A program made the translations under genes and the position numbers. Shown one piece after another: positions 1 through 11,868 of a DNA stretch of 64,000 nucleotides. How positions within the stretch are numbered: the first letter of the stretch is position 1; the number at the start of each line of letters is the position of its first letter. The notes beneath the pieces were generated by a model. The model saw only the letters and a list, made by a program, of their open reading frames with translations. It did not search any database and had not been told where the DNA came from. Source of the DNA: Anaeramoeba ignava BMAN. Its lineage: Eukaryota > Protista > Anaeramoebae. The stretch is from positions 558,001 to 622,000 of the forward strand of contig JAPDFW010000054.1 of NCBI GenBank assembly GCA_028826165.1, read 5' to 3'.

Positions 1-115
1 AAAATGAATTTTGAATTTTAATTTTAATTTTGATTTTAATTTTAATTTTGATTTTAATTTTAATTTTGAAATTTTAATTTTAATTTTAATTTTAATTTTA
101 ATTTTGATTTTAATT

Positions 116-1902
116 TTAATTTTGATTATTAAATTTGTTAATTAATAAATCAAATAAATTTGGATTTGTTTGATTTAATTGAAAATAATCAATTCCTATT
201 TCCAATTCATCAATTATTTCTTGTGTAATTTCAATTTCTTTTTTAATTTGATTTGAATAAATCCAATATTCAAATATTTGAAATGATTTATTATTTAATT
301 CACTATAATCTCTAACTTTATTAGAAGTATCATTTCAGTAACAGATAAAAACATTCCTCGATATAATTCACTTCTCATTATTAATATTAATTTAGGAAAT
401 TTATATTGTTTTTCTTTTCTTTCAATTATAAAATCTTTTTCATTTTCATTTTCATTTAAATAAATTCTTTTCATTGTTTCTTCAATTTTTTCATTTGAAT
501 TTATAATTTCTTTAATTTCAGAATATAATTTTGGATTTATTTTGGAATTGTTTGAATAAATCATTTCAAATATTTGATTTGATTCTTTAATTGATTTTTT
601 TGAAATAATTTCTTGAAGTTTTTCAATTTGATTTTCATCTTTTAATCTATATTTCAATATTAATTTATGAGCTTTAATTATTTCTCCATTTTTGGTTTTA
701 AATGAAATATCACAAAATTCTTTTCTTCTAAATAGTTTTATCAAATCTTCTTCAAGATTGGAAAAAGGAGGAGGAGAATAATAAAGAAATGAATTTTGAA
801 AACCACAAGAAATATGATAATTGGAAATATCTTCATTAAATCTTAATTTAGGAAGTTCAATTTGAATTGGAATTAATTGATTTTTTGTATCTCCAGTTCC
901 TAATTGACCATTATAATTATTTCCAAATACTATTAACTTTGAATTAGATGTTAAAATCAAAGTATGAGAATTTCCACAAGAAAATTTAAGAATATAATCA
1001 TCATTTTCAAATAAAGATGATTTGATTTCAGTAAATTCATAAATATCTTCATCTTTTCCATTATTTTTGAAATGACCAGTTGAATAAAGTTTTCTTTTTG
1101 GATTTTCATTTTCATCTTCAATCAACATTATTGAATGATAACTTCCACATTGAATATCAATTATTTTGCCTTTTGGAATATTTTGGATTTTGGTTAATTT
1201 TTGGATTTCTTCTTCTATTGCCAAATCGATATCTCCTAATCCAAGTTGACCCCAATAATGATCTCCGCAACAAAATAATTCTTGATTTGAATTTAAAAGA
1301 AAAACAGAATCTGTAGAATTTCCTGAAAATATTTTAGAAACATTTTTCATCATTAAAATTGGTTTTTGTGTTTTTTTAAGTGTTTCAGAATCAAAACCAA
1401 GTTGACTAAATTGATTTGAACCAATTCCATAAGCATTTCTATTTGAAGTTAATAAGTAAATTGATTCAGAGCCAGAAACAATATCTTGAATTATTCTATC
1501 ATTTTTATCTTCAATTAATGATGAAATATTGATAAATTCTTTTGTATTTTTTGAATTAATATCTTCTCCTTTGGAAAATACATTTCCTTCTTTTGTTAAA
1601 ATAGCTTCATTTCCATGACCAACAGTTACTTTTTGAATATTTTCAATTTGGATTTTTGAAGGATTTTGTTTTGAATCTTTTAAATATTCTATTGCTTTTC
1701 CATTTTCAAAAAGGAAAATTGTTGAAAATCTTCCTGATGAAATTTGTTTAATTTGTTTTTCATTTTCATTTTCATTTTCATTTTCATTTTCATTTTCATT
1801 TTCATTTTTAAATTTAAATTGAATTGGTCTTATTATTCTATTTGGCTCATTTTTTAAAAGTTTTGGATTTTGATTTAAACCAAAAAATAAACAATCATTC
1901 AT
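116..1902 (-). CDS. RCC1/BLIP-II beta-propeller + tandem BTB/POZ protein, paralogue 1 (frameshift near 333)
   Basis: ORF 295..1902 has RCC1 repeats (GxNxxGQLG, CGxxHS/T) then BTB (FCDISF...AHKLIL; LILIMRSELYRGMF). The paralogue-like tail ...INKFNNQN* continues in another frame to TAA at 116-118. Confidence 0.88.
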
Positions 1903-1929
1903 TTTTGAAAAGAAAAAAAATGAAAAAAT

Positions 1930-2512
1930 GATTTTTGAATTTTAATTTTAAATTTTAATTTTAATTTTGATTTTAATTTTAATTTTAATTTTAATTTTAA
2001 TTTTCAATTTTAATTTTAATTTTAATTTTAATTTTAATTTTAATTTTAATTTTAATTTTAATTTTAATTTTAATTTTAATTTTAATTTTAATTTTCATTT
2101 TAATTTTAATTTTAATTTTAATTTTTAATTTTAATTTTAATTTTAATTTAGATTTTAATTTTTATAAATGAATTTTAATTTTAATTTTAATTTTAATTTT
2201 AATTTTCATTTTAATTTTAATTTTAATTTTTAATTTTAATTTTAATTTTAATTTTAATTTTAATTTTAATTTTGATTTTAATTTTAATTTTAATTTTAAT
2301 TTTAATTTTAATTTTAAATTTTAATTTTAATTTTAATTTTAATTTTGATTTTGATTTTAATTTTGATTTTAATTTTGATTTTAATTTTAATTTGAATTTT
2401 TAATTTTAATTTTAATTTTAATTTTGATTTTAATTTTAATTTTATTTTTAATTTAAATTTTGATTTTAATTTTGATTTTAATTTTGATTTTAATTTAAAT
2501 TTAAATTTAATT
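1930..2512. repeat. (TTTTAA/TTTTGA)n hexamer microsatellite spacer between RCC1-BTB copies
   Basis: Directly visible. The same spacer type occurs at 1-115, 16437-16670, 18772-19035 and 20836-21040. Confidence 0.95.
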
Positions 2513-4306
2513 TTAATTTTGATTATTAAATTTATTAATTAATAAATCAAATAAATTTGGATTTGTTTGATTTAATTGAAAATAATCAATTCCAATTTGA
2601 ATTTCATCAATTATTTCTTGTGTAATTTGAATTTCATCTTTAATTTGATTTGAATAAATCCAATATTCAAATATTTGAAATGATTTATTATTTAATTCAC
2701 TATAATCTGTAACTTTATTAGAAGTATCTTCTGTAACAGATAAAAACATTCCTCGATATAATTCACTTCTCATTATTAATATTAATTTAGGGAATTTATA
2801 TTGTTTTTCTTTTCTTTCAATAATAAAATCTTTTTCATTTTCATTTTCATTTTCATTTAAATAAATTCTTTTAATTGTTTCTTCAATTTTTTCATTTGAA
2901 TTTATAATTTCTTTAATTTCGGAATATAATTTTGGATTTATTATTCTGTTTGAATAAATCATTTCAAATATTTGATTTGATTCTTGAATTGATTTTTTTG
3001 AAATAATTTCTTTAAGTTGTTCAATTTGATTTTGATTTTGATTTAATCTATATTTCAATATTAATTTATGAGCTTTGATTATTTCTTCATTTTTGGTTTT
3101 AAATGAAATATCACAAAATTCTTTTCTTCTAAATAATTTTATCAAATCTTCTTCAAGATTGGAAAAAGGAGGAGGAGAATAATAAAGAAATGAATTTGAA
3201 AAACCACAAGAAATATGGTAATTGGAAATATCTTCATTAAATCTTAATTTAGGAAGTTCAATTTGAATTGGAATTTTTTGACTTTTTGTATCTCCAGTTC
3301 CTAATTGATAATAAGAATTATTTCCAAATCCTATTAATTTTGCTTTTTCAGCTAAAATCAAAGTATGCTCACCACGAACAGAAAAATCAAGAATAATATC
3401 ATCATTTTCAAATAAAGATGATTTGATTTCAGTAAATTCATAAGTATCTTCATTTTTGCCAAGTCCATTATCTTGATAATAACCACATGAATAAAGTTTT
3501 CTTTTTGGATTTTGATTTTGATTTTCATTTTCAATCAACATTATTGAATGATAAAATCCACATTGAATATCAATTATTTTGCCTTTTGGAATATTTTGGA
3601 TTTTGGTTAATTCTTGAATTTCTGTTTCATTTCTTGATTCTCCTAATCCAAGTTTACCATAGTCATTATTTCCGCAACAAAGTAATTCTTGATTTGAATT
3701 TAAAAGGAAAACTGAATCTGAAAAATTTCCTGAAAATATTTTAGAAACATTTTTCATCATTAAAATTGGTTTTTGTGTTTTTCTAAGTGTTTTAGAATCT
3801 AAACCAAGTTGACTAAATTGATTTGAACCAATTCCATAAACATTTTGATTTGAAGTTAATAAATAAATTGAATAGTATCCACAAGCAATATCTTGAATTA
3901 TTCTATCTTTTGGATCTTCAATTAATGATGAAATATTGATAAATTCTTTTGGGTTATTTGGATTTATATCTTTTCCTTTTGCAAATACATTTCCTTCTTT
4001 TGTTAAAATAGCTTCATTTGAAATACCAACAGTTACTTTTTGAATATTTTCTTCAATTTGGATTTTTTGAGGATTTCTAATTGAATCTCTTAAATATTCT
4101 ATTGCTTTTCCATTTTCAAAAAGGAAAATTGTTTCGAACTCGTTAGTTATAATTTGTTTAATTTGTTTTTCATTTTCATTTTCATTTTCATTTTCATTTT
4201 CATTTTCAATTTCAAATTTAAATTGAATTGGTTTTTTTATTGAATCTGGTCCATCAAAGAAAAATTTTGGGTTTTTATTTGAACCAAAAAATATAATTTC
4301 GTTCAT
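2513..4306 (-). CDS. RCC1 propeller + tandem BTB protein, paralogue 2 (intact, 597 aa)
   Basis: Single uninterrupted ORF with the same motifs as paralogue 1. Confidence 0.92.
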   Translation of the reverse strand: MNEIIFFGSNKNPKFFFDGPDSIKKPIQFKFEIENENENENENENEKQIKQIITNEFETIFLFENGKAIEYLRDSIRNPQKIQIEENIQKVTVGISNEAILTKEGNVFAKGKDINPNNPKEFINISSLIEDPKDRIIQDIACGYYSIYLLTSNQNVYGIGSNQFSQLGLDSKTLRKTQKPILMMKNVSKIFSGNFSDSVFLLNSNQELLCCGNNDYGKLGLGESRNETEIQELTKIQNIPKGKIIDIQCGFYHSIMLIENENQNQNPKRKLYSCGYYQDNGLGKNEDTYEFTEIKSSLFENDDIILDFSVRGEHTLILAEKAKLIGFGNNSYYQLGTGDTKSQKIPIQIELPKLRFNEDISNYHISCGFSNSFLYYSPPPFSNLEEDLIKLFRRKEFCDISFKTKNEEIIKAHKLILKYRLNQNQNQIEQLKEIISKKSIQESNQIFEMIYSNRIINPKLYSEIKEIINSNEKIEETIKRIYLNENENENEKDFIIERKEKQYKFPKLILIMRSELYRGMFLSVTEDTSNKVTDYSELNNKSFQIFEYWIYSNQIKDEIQITQEIIDEIQIGIDYFQLNQTNPNLFDLLINKFNNQN

Positions 4307-4360
4307 TTTTGAAAAGAAAAAAAATGAAAAAAAAAATTTTTGTTTTGTTTTAGTTTTGTT

Positions 4361-6239
4361 TTAGAAAATTTCGCATTTTTTTTTCTTCTTTTTTTCTTTC
4401 TCCTTTTTTTCTTCTTCTGTTTTTTCTTTTTCGAATTCTTGTCTTTTTTGTTGGTATCGTTGCTCAATTTGGATTTTATATTCTTGATTAATTAAATCAA
4501 ATAAATTTGGATTTGTTTTATTTAATTGAAAATAATCAATTCCTTTTTCAATTTCATCCACTATTTCTTGTGTAATTTCAATTTCATCTTTAATTTGATT
4601 TGAATAAATCCAATATTCAAATATTTGAAATGATTTATTACTTATTTGATCGTAATTGATAACTTTATTAGATTTATCTTCGTTTGCAGATAAAAACATT
4701 CCTCGATATAATTCACTTCTCATTATTAATATTAATTTTGGAAATTTATATTGTTTTTCTTTTCTTTCAATAATAAAATCTTTTTCATTTTCATTTTCAT
4801 TTAAATAAATTCTTTTCATTGTTTCTTCAATTTTTTCATTTGAATTTATAATTTCTTTAATTTCAGAATATAATTTTGGATTTATTTTGGAATTGTTTGA
4901 ATAAATCATTTCAAATATTTGATTTGATTCTTTAATTGATTTACTTGAAATAATTTCTTGAAGTTTTTCAAATTCGTTTTCATCTTTTAATCTATATTTC
5001 AATATTAATTTATGAGCTTCAATTATTTCTTCATTTTTGGTTTTAAATGAAATATCACAAAATTCTTTTCTTCTAAATAGTTTTATCAAATCTTCTTCAA
5101 GATTGGAAAAACAAAAGAGGAGGAGAATAATAAAGAAATGATTTGTTATATCCACAAGAAATATGATAATTAGAAATATCTTCATTAAATCTTAATTTAG
5201 GAAGTTCAATTTGAATTGGAATTTTTTGATTTTCAGTATCTCCAGTTCCTAATTGACCATGAAAATTACCTCCAAATGAAATTAGTTTCCCTTTTGATGT
5301 TAAAATCAAATTCTGATCTCTTCCACAAGAAATATCAAGAATATAATCATCATCTTCAAATAAAGATGATTTGATTTCAGTAAATTCACTGGTTTTTGCT
5401 TCTTTGCCAAGTCCATTAGTTTTTAGGTCTCCACTTGAATAAAGTTTTCTTTTTGGATTTTCATTTTCATTTTCAATCAACATTAATGAATGACCATCTC
5501 CACATTTAATATCAATTATTTTGCCTTTTGGAATATTTTGGATTTTGGTTAATTTTACCGGAGCTAAACTTTTGAATCCAAGTTGGCCATGGTAATTGTT
5601 TCCGCAACAAAATAATTCTTGATTTGAATTTAAAAGAAAAATAAAATTTGAAGAATTTCCTGAAAATATTTTAGAAACATTTTTCATCATTAAAACTGGT
5701 TTTTCATAATTTGGTTGATATGTTGAATCAAAACCAAGTTGACTAAAGTAATTTGAACCAATTCCATAAACATTTTGATTTGAAGTTAATAAGTAAATTG
5801 AACAGTATCCACAAGCAATATCTTGAATTACTCTATCTTTTGGATCTTCAATTAATGATGAAATATTCATAAATTCATTTGGATTTTTTTCACTAATATC
5901 TTTCCCTTTTGCAAATACATTTCCTTCTTTTGTTAAAATAGCTTCATTTTGAAAACCAACTGTTACTTTTTGAATATTTTCTTCAATTTGAATTTCTGAA
6001 GGATTTTGATTTGAATCTTTTTCTTTTAAATATTCTTCATTTAAATATTCTATTGCTTTTCCATTTTCAAAAAGGAAAATTGTTGAAAATTCACCTGATG
6101 AAATTTGTTTAATTTGTTTTTCATTTTCATTTTCATTTTCATTCTCAAATTTAAATTGAATTGGTTTTGTTATTTTTTTTGATTCATTTTTGAAAAGTTT
6201 TTGTTCTTGATTATTACCAAAAAATATAATTTCATTCAT
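4361..6239 (-). CDS. RCC1 propeller + tandem BTB protein, paralogue 3, with polybasic-CaaX tail (frameshift near 5110)
   Basis: ORFs 5097..6239 (RCC1) and 4361..5185 (BTB) overlap at the YSPP-FSNLEEDL junction. The protein ends KKKKKKCEIF*. Confidence 0.88.
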
Positions 6240-6401
6240 TTTTAAAAAAGTAAAAAAAATGAAAATAAAAAAAACTTGAAAATAAAATTTTTTTTTAATT
6301 AATTTGCCGGTTCAAAAAAAATAAAAAAGAAAAAGAAGAAAGAAGAAAGAAAATAAAAATTTTGTTTTTTTTTCATTTTTTCATTTTTTTCTTTTCAAAA
6401 A

Positions 6402-8145
6402 ATGAATGATTGTTTATTTTTTGGTCAAAATCGAAATTTTTTTTTAAATAATTTGAAAAAAATAAATCAACCAACTCAACTAGATAATTCTGAAATCAAT
6501 GAAAAACAAATTCAAACAATTGCAGAAAGTGATTTAACAACAACTTTCCTTTTTGAAAATGGAAAAGCAATTCAATATTTACATCACACACAAAAAAAAC
6601 AAAGTCAAAAAATTCCCATTAAAAATATTCAAAAAATAACTTCTGGTTCTCAAGTTGAAGCTATTTTAACAATAGAAGGAAATGTATTTTCCAAAGGAGA
6701 AGATATTAATGAAATTTTAAGTACTGAATTTATCAATATTTCATCATTAATTGAAGATACAAATGATAGAGTAATTCAAGATATTGTTTGTGGAAGATAC
6801 GCAACTTATTTATTAACTTCAAATCAAAATGCTTATGGAATTGGCTCAAATCAATTTAGTCAACTTGGTTTAGCTACTATAACTTGTGAAAAAACAGAGT
6901 ATCCAATTTTAATGATGAAAAATGTTTCTAAAATATTTTCAGGAAATTGTTCAGATTCAGTTTTTCTTTTAAATTTAAATCAAGAATTATTTGGATGCGG
7001 ATATAACTATTCTGGCCAACTTGGATTAGGAGAATCAAGAAATGAAACAAAAATCAATAAATTAACCAAAATCCAAAATATTCCGAAAGGCAAAATAATT
7101 GATATTCAATGTGGATATTATCATTCAATAATGTTGATTGAAAATGAAATATCAGGATTGAGAAAAGTTTATTCATGCGGAGGATATAAATTCAATGGAT
7201 TTGGAAAAAATCAAACAATACGAGAATTTACTGAACTCGAATCATCTTTATTTGAAAATGATAATATTCTGAGAATTTCTTGTGGCGGTTCTCATACTTT
7301 GATTTTAACTTCAAATTCAAAACTAATAGGATTTGGATATAATTACAACCGACAATTAGGAGTTAAACAAGTTGATAGAACAGAAATACCAATTCAAATT
7401 GAACTTCCTAAATTAAGATTTAATGAAGATATTTCCAATTATCATATTTCTTGTGGAAATAATAATTCATTTCTTTATTATTCTCCTTCTTTTTCTAATC
7501 TTGAAGAAGATTTGATAAAATTATTTAGAAGAAAAGAATTTTGTAATATTTCATTTAAAACCAAAAATGAAGAAATAATTGAAGCTCATAAATTAATATT
7601 GAAATATAGATTAAATCAAAATCGAAAATGAAATTGAACAACTTAAAGAAATTATTTCAAAAAAATCAATTCAAGAATCAAATCAAATATTTGAAATGAT
7701 TTATTCAAACAATTCAAAAATAAATCCAAAATTATATTCTGAAATTAAAGAAATTATAAATTCAAATGAAAAAATTGAAGAAACAATGAAAAGAATTTAT
7801 TTAAATGAAAATGAAAATGAAAAAGATTTTATTATTGAAAGAAAAGAAAAACAATATAAATTTCCAAAATTAATATTAATAATGAGAAGTGAATTATATC
7901 GAGGAATGTTTTTATCTGTAACAAATGATACTTCAAATAAAGTTACAGATTATAGTGAATTAAGTAATAAATCATTTCAAATATTTGAATATTGGATTTA
8001 TTCAAATCAAATTAAAGAAGAAATTCAAATTACACAAGAAATAATTGAAGAAATTGAAATTGGAATTGATTATTTTCAATTAAATCAAACAAATCCAAAT
8101 TTATTTGATTTATTAATTAACAGATTTAATAATCAAAATCAATAA
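6402..8145 (+). CDS. RCC1 propeller + tandem BTB protein, paralogue 4 (divergent N-terminus; +1 frameshift near 7623)
   Basis: ORFs 6402..7631 and 7696..8145 join if one base is removed from AAT C GAA AAT. Head-to-head with paralogue 3. Confidence 0.88.
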
Positions 8146-8149
8146 AGAA

Positions 8150-8560
8150 AATGAGAATAGATTTAATTTAATATTTAATTTATAAATTAATTTAAAAATA
8201 TAATTTTATATTTAATTTTATTATTAAAATAATAATTTAATGTTTTAGATTTAAATATTTTATTATTTAAATATTTAACATATAAATATAAAAAATAAGA
8301 ATAGATTTAATTTAATATTTAATTTATAAATTAATTTAAAAATATAATTTAATATTTAATTTTATTATTAAAATAATAATTTATTGTTTTAGATTTAAAT
8401 ATTTTATTATTAAAAATATTTAACATATAAATATAAAAATGGGAATAGATTTAATTTAATATTTGATTTATAAATTAATTTAAAAATATAATTTAATATT
8501 TAATTTTATTATTAAAATAATAATTTAATTTTTTAGATTTAAATATTTTATTATTTAAAA
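8150..8560. repeat. ~144-bp tandem repeat, ~3 copies
   Basis: GAATAGATTTAATTTAATATTT recurs at 8155, 8299 and 8443. Confidence 0.9.
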
Positions 8561-8965
8561 AATATTTTGAAAATTGATTTTTTTGAAATTAAAATTTTAT
8601 CTTTTTTTTTGAATTAAATTGAATTAATATTAATTTAGAAATTTGTTTTAAAATTTAAATTTATTAATAATTTTTAAATTCCAAAAAAAAAAATTAAATT
8701 AAAAATTAAATTAAAATAATTTTCCTTTTTAATAATAAAAATTAATAAAAAAATAATAATTTATTAATAAATTAATTTAAAATAATAAATTAAAAAGAAA
8801 ATTAAATTAATTATTAAATTTAAATTTATTCTTATTTTTATATTTTTATTTATTTTAAAAAATCCACTTTTTATAATTCATTTTTAAATTTTTATTCATT
8901 TTTCCTTTTTTTAAAAACAAAAACAAAAAACAAAAAACAAAAAACAAAAAACAAAAAACAACAAA

Positions 8966-10675
8966 ATGGATAATAATAATAATAATAACCAAATTGAAAA
9001 TGCAAATCAAAATCAAAATCAAAATGAAAATGAAATGAAAAATTTAGAAAAAAAAGTAACAAAAAATTTAATTAAAGATTATTCAAACCTTTTAAATGGG
9101 AATTCATTTAAAGATTTTTCAATTTTTGTTGAGAATAAATCAAATCCTTTTGAAATTAAAGTTCATAAATCAATTTTATCTTCAAGATCTCCTTTTTTTA
9201 ATGAGTCATTAAGGCAAGAATCTCTTTCTATTTCTTTAAATCAATTTAATAAAAAGAAATGGAATCAATTTTTGAGTTATATTTATTATGGAAATATTTC
9301 TTTTGAGAATCAAGAAAATCTTATTCAATTATTGGAAATTTCAATTTATTTTAAATTAAATTTATTGAAAGAAATTATTCAAAAAAAAATTTCAAATTCA
9401 ATTAATTATTCAAATTTTTTCCAATTTTTATTCCAAAATCGAAATTTAAAATCAAATGAAATTGAAATAAAATGTTTTGAATTAATAAATCAAAATTTTT
9501 CCCAAATTCAGAATAATGAGAATTTATTCAATTTAACTAAAGAAGAAATTATCAAATTTATTCAATTTAAACAAGAAAAAAAAGAAATTTTTCAATTTGA
9601 TTTTTTTCAATTTTTAAATAATTGGATTAAAAAAAGAAATAAAAAATTAAAATTAAGGAAATATGAACAGAAAATGAATGCAAAGAAAAGATTATTTCAT
9701 TCTTTTTTTTCATTATTTGATAAAGATTCAATTTCAAAACAAGATTTTGATAAATTAAAACAATTTGATATTTTTCTTCCAAATTCTTTTTTAATTGATA
9801 TTGAAAGAACCATTTTTGAAATTCAAGATAAGGAAAATCAATCAAAAATCAAAGAAAAAGATAATCAAATTGAAGAAAAAGAAAAGAAAATTAAGTCATT
9901 TGAATCTAAAAATCAAAATTTAAAATCAGAAAATAAGAAGAAAGATAAAGAGAATCAACAAATGAAAATTGAAATTGAAGATAAATGGAAGAAAGAAATT
10001 GAAGAGAAATGGAAGAAAGAAATTGAAGAGAAATGGAAGAAAGAAATTGAAGAGAAATGGAAGAAAGAAGTTGAAGATTTGAAAGCAGAGAATGAGAAAA
10101 TGAAACAAGAAATGGAATTACAAAAGATTTTTGCAGATTCAGAAATTATTAAAGATAAAGAATATGTTAAGAAATTACAAGAATGGATAAATGATAATGA
10201 TTTTTTTTCTAAAATGAAAAAAGGATTTTCAGCAAAAAGAGATGGATTTAAAGCTAAAAATTGGCATAAAGCAGTTGATGGGAAAGGAAAAACATTAGTT
10301 ATTATCAAAACAAAACAAAATTTTATTTTTGGAGGTTTTACTAAAGTTGGATTTAATGGAGATAAAGGAGGAATTAATGACTCAAATGCATTTATTTTTT
10401 CATTAAGAAATGATAAAGGGGATAGAATACCTGCAAAGTTTACAATTAAACAAGATAAAGAAGAAAATGCAATTTATTCTATTTTAAGTTGTGGTCCATT
10501 ATTTGGTGGAAATGATTTTCGTTTATATTCTAATTTACAACCTGGTTATTCAAATTTTGGTTATAATTATAATCTACCTAATGGAATTACTTATGAATCA
10601 AATGAAGCTAGAAGTTATTTAGCTGGTTCTTATACTTCATGGGTTGTTGATGAACTTGAAACTTATTTCATTTAA
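8966..10675 (+). CDS. BTB - coiled coil - TLDc domain protein
   Basis: BTB (KDFSIFV...VHKSILSSRSPFF), 4x EEKWKKEI-like repeat, TLDc (RDGF...WHKAVDGKGKTLVIIKT..FIFGGFT...GPLFGG...ELETY). Confidence 0.9.
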   Translation: MDNNNNNNQIENANQNQNQNENEMKNLEKKVTKNLIKDYSNLLNGNSFKDFSIFVENKSNPFEIKVHKSILSSRSPFFNESLRQESLSISLNQFNKKKWNQFLSYIYYGNISFENQENLIQLLEISIYFKLNLLKEIIQKKISNSINYSNFFQFLFQNRNLKSNEIEIKCFELINQNFSQIQNNENLFNLTKEEIIKFIQFKQEKKEIFQFDFFQFLNNWIKKRNKKLKLRKYEQKMNAKKRLFHSFFSLFDKDSISKQDFDKLKQFDIFLPNSFLIDIERTIFEIQDKENQSKIKEKDNQIEEKEKKIKSFESKNQNLKSENKKKDKENQQMKIEIEDKWKKEIEEKWKKEIEEKWKKEIEEKWKKEVEDLKAENEKMKQEMELQKIFADSEIIKDKEYVKKLQEWINDNDFFSKMKKGFSAKRDGFKAKNWHKAVDGKGKTLVIIKTKQNFIFGGFTKVGFNGDKGGINDSNAFIFSLRNDKGDRIPAKFTIKQDKEENAIYSILSCGPLFGGNDFRLYSNLQPGYSNFGYNYNLPNGITYESNEARSYLAGSYTSWVVDELETYFI

Positions 10676-11139
10676 AAATTAATTAATAATAAGAAAATCA
10701 AACTTTTTTTTTTTTAATTTTTTTTTCAAAATTTAATTCAATTTTAATTTACTTTTAATCAAATTAATTTCTTTAAAATAATAAATAAAAAACAAATTTA
10801 ATTTTAAATAATTTAATTTTAATTTAAAATATTTATTAAAAATTTAATTAATAAAAATAATCCAAAAATAATAAATTTTAAAAATTGAATATTTTTAATA
10901 TAATAAATAAAAATAAAAATTGAAAATAGAAATTAATAATAATTAAATTTAAATTCATTAATTAAAATATTAAAATAAAAAAATCAATTAAAATTTATTA
11001 TTAATTAATATTTAAATATTAATAAATTATAATCAAAATCAAAAATAGAATAATTAGTAAATTATTTTTTTTTAGAAAGTTTATCTTATTCAATCATGTT
11101 AAATTCAATTTATTTAAAATTTTTAATTTTTAATTTTAT

Positions 11140-11770
11140 TTTTAATATATTTTATTATAATTAAAATTGAAATTAATAAATAAATAAAAAATATTAATAT
11201 AATAAATAAAAATATTATATAAAATTAAAATAAAATTAATTTAAATTAAATTATTATTAAATATTATTAAAATTAAATATATATTTTTATTAAAATATTT
11301 ATTCCACTTTTTAATATATTTTTATTATAATTAAAATTGGAAATAATAAATAATTAAAAATATTATTATAATAAATGAAAATATTATTTCAAATTAAAAT
11401 AAAATAAATTTAAATTAAATTATTATTAATTATTATTATTAAAATTAAATATTTATCTTTATTAAAATATTTCAATTTTTCTTTTTAATTTTATTAAATT
11501 ATTGAGAATAATTTTATATTATTTTAAATAAAGAAATATTAATAAAATATATAAAATATAATTAATTTTAAATTTAATTATTTAATATTCTTTATTCCAT
11601 TTTTAAAATAAATTAATTAAAATATTTTATTAATTTTATTAAATTATTAAGAATAATTTTATATTATTTTAAATAAAGAAATATTAATAAAATATATAAA
11701 ATATAATTAATTTCAAATTTAATTATTTAATATTCTTTATTCCATTTTTGAAATAAATTAATTAAAATTA
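11140..11770. repeat. Two adjacent AT-rich duplications (169-bp and 145-bp periods)
   Basis: TAATATAT...ATTAAAATTG at 11143 and 11312; GAATAATTTTATATT at 11506 and 11651. Confidence 0.8.
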
Positions 11771-11868
11771 AGAATGATTTTTCTTTTTTATTCTTCTTTT
11801 AAAAAAAAAAGTGGAATTGGAATGAAAATTTGGAATGAAAATTAAAATAAAGTTTTTAAATTTGAGGT

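Noticed and set aside
1930-2512. Telomeric repeat
   Set aside because: TTTTAA has no G-rich strand and is interstitial in many introns and spacers.
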